64,000 bases of DNA from Paragordius varius (lineage: Eukaryota > Animalia > Nematomorpha), in assembly GCA_964247055.1 (NCBI GenBank), contig OZ176052.1, positions 12,090,001 to 12,154,000 on the forward strand, written 5' to 3'. A program made the translations under genes and the position numbers. Each line of letters begins with the position of its first letter. Positions within the stretch are counted from its first letter, which is position 1. Shown piece by piece: positions 28,345 to 39,722 of the stretch. The notes beneath the pieces are model-generated. The model was given only the letters and a program-made list of their open reading frames with translations, did no database searches and had not been told where the DNA came from.

Positions 28345-29275
28345 TCAACTTGCACAGCTATGTTTTACCCCAGGTCGGTATGATATAGGCTCTCTCACCT
28401 TCCCCAGTGTAATCAAACTAAGGGATGTCCATCATCATCTATAATACCAATGTGATTACCATAATGAAGTATAAAAATGAGCTTGCTACCATAGGTCGGA
28501 GGGTGTCAGAGGCCTATGGCTACCTAAGAAAGTTGGGCTTAAACTGAAATTAAAAATCTTGAAATGCATGTTTATCCTTGCGTAATATACTGATGCTCGT
28601 GGCGTACGCACATACATGCCAGAAAGATACAAGTTTTCATAAAAGGGTGCCTACGACGCATCACTTGCTATATATACATACCTTTGAGGAGCTCACAACT
28701 GCTTACCTCCCACATCCAAAAAATTTTAATTTTTTGCATAAGCCATTCTTCTATCTGGCCTAAAGAAAATGGCACACCAACTCCGGCCTGATTCTAGGAG
28801 ACCACTGCGTAGGGATTAAAATAAAAATTGGGTCATGCACTCGAAAGAAACGGTTCTGATGTGGGAGAATTGTATTGTTTATGTAGCGCGTGGGAGTGAG
28901 CAATGACAGTTAACTCAGTCGGTGGATACTGGAAATGACTGAGCGGTAAAATCAAGAATGCACTTGTTGAAAAAAAGATCAAAATATGTAAAGACAGGAG
29001 ACGAAAGGACGCTAGACCAGTAGAAGGAGGGCTAGCCAGAAATGACATCCCCTATGCCACGAGTATCGATCTAATGCAGACGATCACATTTAGTGGCATG
29101 TCATATCAGATTTGATTATAACATTGGATAAATGATAACATTGATACCTAGTCGTAGAATAAACAACTACCTGTCGCCATTAAGAGGTATTGGTCTAAAA
29201 TTTAGCGTATAAATATAATAGGACTAATTTTATATACTATGTAGGATATCGAGCTAATAGAAAAATAAATTATGT
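28345..29275 (+). mobile_element. Degenerate LINE fragment, unit 3
   Basis: Collinear with 665-1600 and more diverged. Confidence 0.45.
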
Positions 29276-29475
29276 AACCCAATAATTTACTCTTTACCAC
29301 AAAATTGCAATAACAATTTAAACATAAATTAAATTTTTAACGTATCATTATATCACTAGATGTAAGCCCAATTAACCCGAGACGATATAATGAAAAATGA
29401 AGGTTTAAAAAATATTAAGTTTTTTATAAAAAAATATAGACATTTCGTGCAATATCTTTATTATTTTAACTACTG

Positions 29476-30573
29476 CACCAGATGTATATAATACCAGTTT
29501 AACTAATATAAGATGTCAAAAAAACGCAACCGATTAATTTGACACAGACGCCATCTGGCCCATCAGACATCAGACGACGCAGACAAAGAAGTTAAAACTG
29601 TCAAAAGCGAGCTCTCATGTTTATCAATCAGTAAAATCGAACTGTGTGCCTAAAAAACGATTACAGGATGCATTGCTTTTATACATCAGAAGAAAAAGGA
29701 TGTTGAAAGTCATTGTTCCATCGATTAAATTGTGCAACATAGATTATATATTTAAATGATTTTAATATGAAAGAGAGTGGGCATGGCAGACCAAGCCGCG
29801 AAGACGAAGTGCAAGACTAATTGGATGATGACTCACTCAACTCAAACTCATTTCATTATTGTATCACAACCATTCGATATGTACAAAATGAGAAGGATCA
29901 ATAAACTCAGTAAATACTGACCAGACAATTCGCATGGCAATTATAAAATCACCAATGGACTTGAAACATCCTGCTTCCGGAGGATGGTGAAAAATGGTTT
30001 TTGTAAATTGAGAGAGAGAAATGCTAAGTTGCCAACCGGTCAATAACATCAAAGTTAATCAATTTACTAAAACCATGAATGTGTCTGGTAAACCAAAGCG
30101 CTGTTGTGCATTACAAGCTTAAGAAGCCCAGTTAAACCGTTAATGGAAAACTCTATCTGCAGAAAATGATTAATTAAATTAATGCATTAAGGAAAACGAC
30201 CAAAATGGACCCAAAGACAGGACAATAAATTTTGCCACATAACAATGAGTCCCACACGGCAAAACCAATAAAAGACACCTTATACTTCGAGAAAATACTT
30301 TTGCATCCGCTGAACTCTCCTGACCTGACGATCCCTATTCCCTCCTCGCATCATGGTATATGCTTGCAGAGAGCAGCTTAATAATTTGGAAAACGTTTGA
30401 AAATGGCTTGACAGATGGTTTACCAAAAAACATTTAGTTTCCAATCATGGCATTCATAACTTAAAAGTTGGAGGAATTTTTAGAAGGAGAATATCTCGAA
30501 TAAAATAAATAATTAATTTCCTCAATTATGTTTTTTAGCAAAAAGCCGTAGTTACCTTAGACTACACCTGGTA
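29476..30573 (+). mobile_element. Mariner fossil, unit 3
   Basis: Collinear with 1784-2895 and ends GACTACACCTGG|TA. Confidence 0.85.
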
Positions 30574-30606
30574 TTCAACGCTTGTGCTAAGGAAAATAAT
30601 CTAGAG

Positions 30607-32209
30607 CAGGGCTTCTTAAACTATGGATCGCGACCCTATGTTTAGTCGCGAGTGACAAGAATAGAGTTTAACAAAAATTTTTTTTAACTTGTATAATTTT
30701 TATGAAGAAAAATAACAATCATCGTAGATAAATATATCATAAAATTTTCTGGTTCTGAAAGACTGTTTATACAAGCATTTCTATTCCAATCATTACAATC
30801 TATATATTTATAAAAATGGAAAATGTTGGCTTTGTGATCTGCTTCCGGAAAACCGGTATACCCATTCAAATCCAAATGTCAAAAAAATATACATTAATGA
30901 ATGCCCAGACAATAGCTTTCCCCTTTTTTGATTTCTCCGAGTTCGGGCCCACACCGTGTGAAAAACGGGTTTTTCTGAAAACAGAACAGAACAATCGTCT
31001 CTTTGGGGCATATATACGGAAAACGTGTTGAACCATTTGATTACAAATATGATTATTATTACTTTTTTTCGATTGCGCCGAACCTAGTCGGCTTAATTTT
31101 TTAAATAGGCTCTCTTTTTACCTGTTCCCTCCGTAAAATGCCCCATTTTTTTAAAAAAATTAAATTTTTTGCCCAGGATATGAGACCGTTAAAATTCACC
31201 GAGGATTCGAGTTATTCTCTGTTAAAAGGAAAAATTATAGTCTTGCGTTTTTTAATATTGGCTGCTGGGTAAACGGATAGCCGCTAAAACTGCGCCACTA
31301 TATAGAAATTGCGTTTTTTTGGAGCTAATTTACAGATAGTTCATGAAGCCATATGAGCTCATTAAAAGCTTGAAATATTACCCTGAACTAGGTAAAAATT
31401 AATGTCGAGTTTTTTTATTACCGTTAATTTGGGGCCTTGATGCCCTATAACACCATCATATAACTATTATTTAGTGTTGAGGTATTTTTTCGAATAACCC
31501 ATGAGACGATAATATCAAAGATGATTCCAAATATTTCCCCTATAAAGGCAAATAATTAACTGAGCTTTTTCCATATGGGTCTATGGGTAAGGGTCTATCG
31601 GTTTAAAACTGAGCCGCCATACAAAATAGGCGTAGTTTTGGAGCTAATTTTCACAAACCTTAAGAAGCCATACGAGTTTAGTTAAACACATTTCTGGGGA
31701 ATTTGTATAATATTCTTTCCTTTAAAAAGGGACCACAAATGATTTATTATATCCCTTGATACCAGATGTATGAACACAATTTCGAATTCTTTCAACCATA
31801 ATTTCGTTAAACGAAAATCTTAAAATAAATCCGATGATAGTTGAATATTAACTTTAATAAGGGACGGATTAAATATGGTCAATTTTAAGTACACAATATT
31901 TCAGCCTATGCAAAACCCGTAAAAGAATAATTAAAGTTCTTTTTATTAAATATGTTTATTATTATTTATCTCCATTAACCCTATTTATTGCAAATTATTT
32001 AGAATAACTATCGGTAAGACTATGCCACACCGAAGCGTGACAGGGCCGCTAGTATCTTGTTTAAATTTACTATCAATCGGTTATAGAAATTTATGAAAAA
32101 TGTAGATTTATTTTTATCTCTCAAAATTGAAATTTCTTTTATATTTGTTGAAGTCGTTGAGAAACTCGCAATCATAAATGGGGTGGGAAACTACAAACAA
32201 GAAGCCCTG
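30607..32209. mobile_element. hAT MITE plus Helitron composite, copy 3 (same site as copy 1)
   Basis: TSD ATCTAGAG / ATCTAAAG. Helitron-like insert 30799-32052 with A|TC start and CTAG|T end. Confidence 0.9.
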
Positions 32210-32550
32210 ATCTAAAGAATTAATTTATTAAACTCTCTAAAATAATTTTAAATTTACCAACTTTATTAAAGATTTCAGAGAGAGAGAGACTTCTAAGACC
32301 TATACATTTTTAAAAACGGGTTTAACGAAATTCCACATAATATATAACAATTAATGTATTCTTAAAAATACATAATTGCAAAATATAACAATAAGAAATT
32401 TAAAAAATATACCACAGCCCAGTCTAAAAAACAATGAAGGAAAATGTGTTCCTAATCGAAACATTTCCCCAATCAATTTATACGATTATCCAGTCTATCG
32501 AAACATTTTCCCATTTACTAAGAACATTTTTGCAATCAATAAAAACGGTT

Positions 32551-33182
32551 TATTTGGATACAACACATTCATTTCAGTCCTTAGATTCAAATCGTGGTAG
32601 TTGGATACCTCAGGCTTGTTCAAAATACTTCAAAAACTATGGAAGGAATTGAAACTATGACAAAAAGTTGCCCTTATGTAACATTAATGAACCGAAATAT
32701 TAAAAAAATGATTCAGTATTTGATACATATTTTAGAATAAAACCCAAAAGTAAATATTTAGTCAACATGACTGTTTAGCCAAACTTAAAAATAATAGAAG
32801 ATAAACCAATTTTTCTGCCTCTATCAATATTATAAGTGATAATTTTAAAATTTAAAATTAAATAAACACGATATTTTGCCAAAATGTTATAAAATAAAAA
32901 TGTCGAAGTAGTTTGATATGGGCCTTTTTGAAACTAAATTTTTACATTGTTCCATTTAATATAATTTGTTTAGGATATAAGGCCTGTAAAAATAAGCACC
33001 TACTGGGTAGTATGGAACTTGTTTTTCAAAACAAAATTTTATTTAGATATGTTGGCATATTTATATGATTTTTATTAGAATAGAAGCACAAATTTAAATT
33101 GGGACCGTTTCCTTTGGTAGTTTAAAAATCATAACTCAAATTTAGTCTGGAGTATTTAGATACCCCAATTTGAATCGAAGTG
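32551..33182. mobile_element. TTAA-inserting MITE, unit 3
   Basis: TATTTGGATACAACAC ... TTGAATCGAAGTG|TTAA; homologous to 15646-16180. Confidence 0.7.
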
Positions 33183-33726
33183 TTAATAACAGTTGTAAAA
33201 TCCGTATTATGATAATCAAAATTTAAATAGAAAATTCAAAAGTTTGACAACTGTTATTACAAAACATAATCAATCCATCATTTACCATTACAATATCATC
33301 TGGTATTTAATATTTATACATCTCAACTTTTATATCAGCAATTATTTCCATTAAGTTTAAAACAGTACCTTCTTAAGTTATGTTTAGAATCATCTCTGGG
33401 TGAAATTTGATGTTTAATCTGATATAATACTATTTGTCGTTTAAATTGGAAATTAAAATTAAGTCAAATTTATTTGCCATATAGCGTAATTCAATAGCTT
33501 AACACATCTTCAAAGTTAAAATTGTGTAGTAATATAATTAATTTAGTCAATATATTTTAAACACTCATTCATATTAATTTTACTGATTGGTTAATTTTAT
33601 TTTGCATTTATTAATTTGCGCATAGCAATATAATCATTATATTAGTTTATATATATTTTTTTATGATTAATAGGTAGTGGGTTTTGCGATAATTATTTTT
33701 TTAATATTTCCCATGCCCATGCCTGT

Positions 33727-36534
33727 TCATTTGGCAGGGGCAAAGCCATTGTTTCTATTTTTCGGTACTGAGGTTGGTTCTGCACTACAACAATTCCAAC
33801 AATTTGTCTCGTTATTTATTTGACTTGCTGCATTCGGGGCGGGTGAACGGTGACGTGGTACTTGAGCAAATCTTGGGTTATTGATGTTTGAGGGCGGTGG
33901 TGCAAAGTTTGGCGGTAACGGCATTGGCGGTTTAAGGGGTCTTGGCGGTGGTGGCTTTTGAAGAACAGTAGATGGAGAAAAAGCGGGAACTCCAAACGGG
34001 TTATTAATGTATGCAGACGGACCTTGTGCAAAATTTGACGGTAGCGGCATTGGTGGTTTCAACGGTCTTGAAGGCGGTGGCGGATTTTGAAGACCAGTAG
34101 ATGGGGAAAAAGCGGGAGCTCTAAATCTCGGCTGAGACAACGGCGGTCTAAACATTAAACCTTGACGAGGTGGAAGGAAAGGCGGTAGTGTATTAATTGG
34201 GGTGGCGGAAGTGGGTGGTTTACTCATTAATGAACCTTGACGAGGGGGAAGTGGTGGCGGTGGGGTATGTGTTAATGTAGATGAATCTGTAAAATCACTC
34301 TCACTTTCATTCAAAACCGTTAAAAGCTTGTTCATTCCCTTCTTACAATTTTGATAGGGGGTGGAAGATGATTCACTACTAGTTGCAAAGACTTTAGATT
34401 TTTCTTCTTTTGAGGAAATGTTTTTCTCCCTTTGCTTTTTACTTCCATTCTTGGGTTTAACGGCATCAGCGGTCTTAGATGGTCTTCGTTCTTTAAAGGA
34501 AACAAAAATTATTTTTAAACGATTATTATCAACAAATGTCCCTGAATATAATTATTACTTATCATTCATATTATTTTCAAAATATAAGAGGCATATTAAA
34601 TTTCACCTTAACCACATATAACAACTACCTTAAATTAAGGAAGTTTCAAATATATATCATTCATTAAGTTGTTTCCTAAGGTGAACAATTTCTAAAAAAT
34701 GATATATTTGTATATATTATGTAACTTTTATTTTTGGGTTTTGAAGTGAGATCAGAGAGAGAATCCACATTTAGTCCTGTATGTTTTTTCAACAATCTCT
34801 TGGCGATTTGTTTTTCAATATTGCGCTCTCTACACCGTTCATAATTAAATGTCTCATATATGGATTGCAAGTTTTGCGAAACTTGTTGAGAATATTCCGC
34901 TAGCTGTTGGCAAATTTGGGCTTCTTGGCGTAAAACCTCCTCAAAATTAAGCGAAGTCAATTTATTTTTTGTATTTTGTGTGGATATAGCCGTTCCTTGT
35001 AATATACATGGGCCAGGTTTTGTCTGTTGCCAAGGCTCAAATGGACTGGGTCTGTAGATTGTCCAACTGTCATTCGGTTTATACTTAATTGGCGGTTTAT
35101 CCTCCTTTTGTCCCTCTATGTATTCTTCATCTTCATTTCTGCATTCGTACGGATATTTATTGGGTGAATTAATTGCCGATTCATTACTGCGGTCTTGCAC
35201 ATAATTATCAAGCCACATACCGAGTAATGTCTGTATAGAAAGAAAGGGGAATGTTTGTTGCAACTTACTGATTTCTGGAGTATTCGACAATAAACTTGTA
35301 TCTAAGACGTTTTGACTTCTTGTTTCTTTAAAGGCAGTATTTGAAGTAATTGGCGATTGTATCTGGTAAGTAATATTTTTAGTAGTATTAGCGTAATGTG
35401 AATATGTGCATCGTTAAAATAAAAAATTTGGGCTTATGTTAGCATATACGTTATATGATTTATAGGGTTTCGGAATCGATAACCAAATCGTTCCGGCTAA
35501 CAAATCATTTTTGCTTCTTGTTTCCTTTATTAAAGCGGTATTATAAGTATATGGATTCTCTCTAACAATTTTTAATCTTGTTAGCATTAGGGTATTTTAC
35601 GGATATTTTAATTTTTTTAAAGGTTTGCAACCCTAACCCCATAAATCATACGTTAATGTAAACATAGCCCAAGTTTCTGCAAAACTTTTATATAAATATT
35701 TTTGAATAAAAAACATTTATGACGGTTTCCGTTCTGTAATTTTAGCTGTGTAAGTTTCAACGACTCCTGGATGCGGTTTTAATATTTTATAATGCTTATA
35801 GAAACTACTGCAATTTTTAAAGGATTTTTTTTCGAAGTAAGAAATAAAATCTGCTCATTTTTTACAGCTGTTTGTAGAGTGTCTTTATTATAAATGTCAA
35901 CTGAAACTATCGAGCTTACCAATAAATATGAAAAAAATGCACCAATATTTTATTTAAAATCTAAAATAATGGATCAATAAATTAAAAATTATCATTGAAG
36001 TTAGTGAGCCAATATTGTTAGTGTGGTCTGTTTAAATCGACAAACAATACTACTACAAAATTGCTTTTAATAAAACTTTACCATCAAAAACCGACGATAG
36101 TTTTTAAGACAGAGAAAGTAGTTTTTTATATTACCCATCAATATATTATTTAATTACTCGTTTGAAATATAAGTCCCCAATTATTTTTGCAACGAAAAGG
36201 ATTTACATACCGGAGTGACGTTTGTAAATAGACCAGTTTTAGAATCTAAATAGTTCAAGATGTGAGCTTTGGTGTCTGGAATCGTTTTAGGTGATCCATT
36301 CTTAATTGTATTACTTGTATCTTGATAGTTGTTGGTTGGAGATGAATTGGTGAGGGTGGAGAGGGGTGGATGAAATGTACTCATTGTATTTGGCTGAAAA
36401 GGGGATGAAACATTTTCTGGGGATAAATTGAAAGTTTGGAAATTTGAATTTTTTTCATCCAACATAAATGGTGTTAAGCATGTACTACATTGATCATAGG
36501 GTTTTTGACAAGTTTCACAAATTTTAAAACTCAT
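33727..36534 (-). CDS. Orphan multi-exon proline-rich gene, copy 3 (mosaic of copies 1 and 2)
   Basis: ORFs 36181-36534, 34676-35290 and 33727-34335. Confidence 0.65.
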
Positions 36535-37119
36535 TAATGATCAATTAGATCCTTGTACTATTTATTGTAATTTGAAAATATTAATTGCAAAAATATACAT
36601 TACTGAATATTATACTAATATGACGATGTCTTTGATTGTTAATCCCAAACGTAAACATGATGCAATAGGCATATCAATTAAACGTCATTTAGATAAATAG
36701 AATTAATGATAAATATCTATATGTAAGGGGCTTTTTATTGTACATAATATTCTGGTCAAATGTGATGAGATAGCTATTTGCTATGCTCAGCCATCCATTT
36801 CCCCAACATTCAAAGTTGTAGAGTTTTTCGTCTGGAAATATAAAATATTATAAAATATTAATAAATATAATACATTGAGGATTTGAATATAATTATTACC
36901 AGGAAATCAGTGTATATTGATTCCGGTAATCACATAAAAGTTGTGGGAATCATAATAATTCCTCTTTAAGTTATATGCCATAAAAACAGTTTTTATTTTG
37001 TTTTAAGGTTATAAGTGTGATTAAATATGGATCAAATGTTTGTTATCTCTATAGATAACATGGAATGCCTAAATTGCGATATTTAGATAAGATCAAAAAA
37101 ATACCGCACATTCGATCCA

Positions 37120-37810
37120 TCAACTTGCACAGCTATGTGATACCAGATCGGTATGGTCTAAGCTCTCTCACATGCCCCAGTGTAATCAAACTAAGGGATG
37201 TCCATCATCATCTATATCAATATGATTACCATTATGAAATATAAAAATAAGCTTGCTGCCAATTAGTCGGTGGGTGTTAGAGATATATGGCAATCCAAGA
37301 AAGTCGGGCTTAAACTGAAATTAAAAATCTTGAAATGTATGATTATCCTTGCGTAATATACTGATGCTCGTGGCGTAACACGCACATACATGCCAGAAAG
37401 ATACAAGTTTTCATAAAAGGGTGCCTACGACGCATCAGTTGCTATATACACATACCTTTGAGGAGCTCACAACTGCTTACCTCCCACATCCAAAAAATTT
37501 TAATCCTTTGCATAACACTAACCATTCTTCTAGCTGGCCTGAAAATAGCGGCACACCAACTCCGGCCTAATTCTAGGACCCACTGCGTGAGGCCTAAAAT
37601 GAAATTTGGTAATGCACCCTGGAACGCTTACGATGTGGGAGAATCGTATTGTTCATGTAGCGCATGGGAGTAAGCAATGACAGTTAATTCAGTCGGTGGA
37701 TACTGGAAATGATAGAGCGGTAAAATCAAGAATGTCCTTGTTGAAAAAAAGATAAAGGACGCTAGACCAGAAGAAGGAGGACTAGCCAGGAATGACATCC
37801 CCTATACCAC
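37120..37810 (+). mobile_element. Degenerate LINE fragment, unit 4, 5' part (resumes at 47279 and runs to ~47505)
   Basis: Other units read CCCCTATACCACGAATATCG. Here this is split as ...TATACCAC | insertion | ACCACGAATATCG. Confidence 0.5.
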
Positions 37811-37824
37811 TGTTAAAAGGGTTA

Positions 37825-37972
37825 GAATAATGGAATAGGACCTTGGTTCTATTTTGTGGTTTTCGGAATCCGAGGTAATGATTAAGAGGAACGGACGGGG
37901 GCATCCGTACTGTGGCGCTAGAGGTGAAATTCTTGGACCGCCGCAAGACGAACAACTGCGAAAGTATTTGCC
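37825..37972 (+). pseudogene. 18S rRNA fragment B (central region, roughly nt 810-960)
   Basis: GAATAATGGAATAGGACC...GGGGGCATCCGTACT...AGAGGTGAAATTCTTGGAC...GCGAAAGTATTTGCC are conserved eukaryotic SSU motifs. Confidence 0.93.
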
Positions 37973-38887
37973 TATTAACAGTGGTATTCGTATTTGGGTT
38001 GCTAAGAAGAGGACTACGTAATTGATAATTTGCGTGAGGATTGTATGTTTGAGGTGTCGGAATACTACTCGTAGTCCCATACATTTTACTGGCTTTTTTA
38101 GCCATGGTCGCCAACAATTCTTGGCTATGTTTGTACGTGACACACAATGTATTTATCCACTCTTTGAGGCCAACATCATCTTGCTGAGTTAATATCATCT
38201 TTTCCTTATTTTCATGCTTATAATTTGCACTGTTCACCCTTGATCATCATGAATTCAGTATCAACCGATGCGATTTGGTCCATAAATACCAGTTCAGGTT
38301 TTCCCGACTCCGGGTATAATTCAAGTCGATTCGGGTATAATTTAGCATACCGAGTTTGCCAGGCTGAGGCGAAGGGACCCCCAAGTTTTTTAAGGTAGCC
38401 ATGTATGATACAATCAGATTCCTTTTCATCAGCGTCAAATTTGGTTTTTTGTTTGTTTCGTTTTTTTGCCTCTAATTTATCCGTTTCTTGGTTAACTACA
38501 TCAAACACCGTTTCTGCAATCTCTTCTTGCCATCGTTCTGATATGACTATGGGAAAATTCTTATAAATCTCCTGATCGAATTCCGTTAATTTAATTTCTT
38601 TGGTGTCTTCTTCATCGAATGAGCCAATATCAAAAGCGTCGGCTGCATTGACCTCCCCGCTAGGGGGTATGAGAGGTGGCGGATATCTCCGCATGTAAAC
38701 CATGGTCCAATCGACACCCACAAAAAATAGATGTTCTTTCACTTCTATTGTCCCATATCCGCAACAACCCAATCTAAGTTCTACATCGCGAGCCAAAAGT
38801 CCTTCGAGCACAGACTTAACTTCGGGCGTAAAAGTGTTTGGTAATTCAACATCCATTGTTAATGTCATTCTATCGATTTCGTGTTTA
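37973..38887 (-). pseudogene. GRK2: Intronless GRK2/Gprk1 (beta-adrenergic receptor kinase family) fragment: end of the kinase domain, AGC C-tail and PH domain
   Basis: [84 protein letters not shown] and DDVGLKEW..MAKKASKMYG. One frameshift near 38225; no start or stop; no introns. Confidence 0.93.
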
Positions 38888-39699
38888 GTTGATCCTGCCA
38901 GTAGTCATATGCTTGTCTCAAAGATTAAGCCATGTATGTCTAAGTATAAACTTACTCAAAGTGAAACCGCGAATGGCTCATTAAATCAGTTATGGTTTAT
39001 TAGATTGTCAATGTTACATGGATAACCGTGGTAATTCTAGAGCTAATACATGCTAAAACATCGAATCGTTTGGTTCGATAGCTTATATTAGAACAAAAAC
39101 TAACCGTTTTTGGTGATTCTGGATAACTTTTTGCCGATCGCATGGTCTTTTACCGGCGACGTATCTTTCAAATCTGCCTTATCAACTGTCGATGGTAGGT
39201 TATATGCCTACCATGGTCGTAACGGGTAACGGAGAATCAGGGTTCAATTCCGGAGAGGGAGCCTGAGAAACGGCTACCACATCCAAGGAAGGCAGCAGGC
39301 GCGCAAATTACCCAAGTTCGGAGAGGTAGTGACGATAAATAACAATGCAGGTCTCTTACGAGAACCTGTAATTGGAATGAGATCACTTTAAATCCTTTAA
39401 CGAGGATCTATTGGAGGGCAAGTCTAGTGCCAGCAGCCGCGGTAATTCCAGCTCCAAAAGCGTATATTAAAGTTGTTGCAGTTAAAAAGCTCGTAGTTGG
39501 ATCTCGGGTAACGGGAGGAAGCCCGCTTAGCTGCGATCGTTTCCTTGTCCGACCTACAATCCGTCTTGTCTTAGGTGCTCTTCACCGGGTGTCTTTGGTT
39601 AAACGGAACGTTTACTTTGAAAAAATTAGAGTGCTCAAAGCAGGCTCGATGCCTCGAATATCTGTGCATGGAATAATGGAATAGGACCTCGGTTCTATT
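38888..39699 (+). pseudogene. 18S rRNA fragment A (from about nt 7 of mature 18S to the AATAG/CTATT hairpin)
   Basis: GTTGATCCTGCCAGTAGTCATATGCTTGTCTCAAAGATTAAGCC; GCCAGCAGCCGCGGTAATTCCAGCTCC. Several normally invariant positions are mutated (GCCATGTATG, GGTTCAATTCC, AAGTCTAGTGCC). Confidence 0.95.
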
Positions 39700-39722
39700 C
39701 CATTATTCCATGCACAGATATT

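Noticed and set aside
37782-39684. ORFs 37782-38237 (its tail), 37802-38143, 38702-39025 and 39427-39684 as genes
   Set aside because: They are chance read-throughs across GRK/18S junctions or within 18S sequence.
37825-39699. Functional rDNA locus
   Set aside because: Only two partial, permuted, mutated 18S pieces are present, with no ETS, ITS, 5.8S or 28S, and they lie inside a TSD-bounded insertion.
37811-39722. Pure assembly or amplification chimera
   Set aside because: The LTR-matching stub, TG...CA ends, exact TSD against the empty sister sites, and accumulated decay argue for a real insertion. This is not fully excluded without reads.
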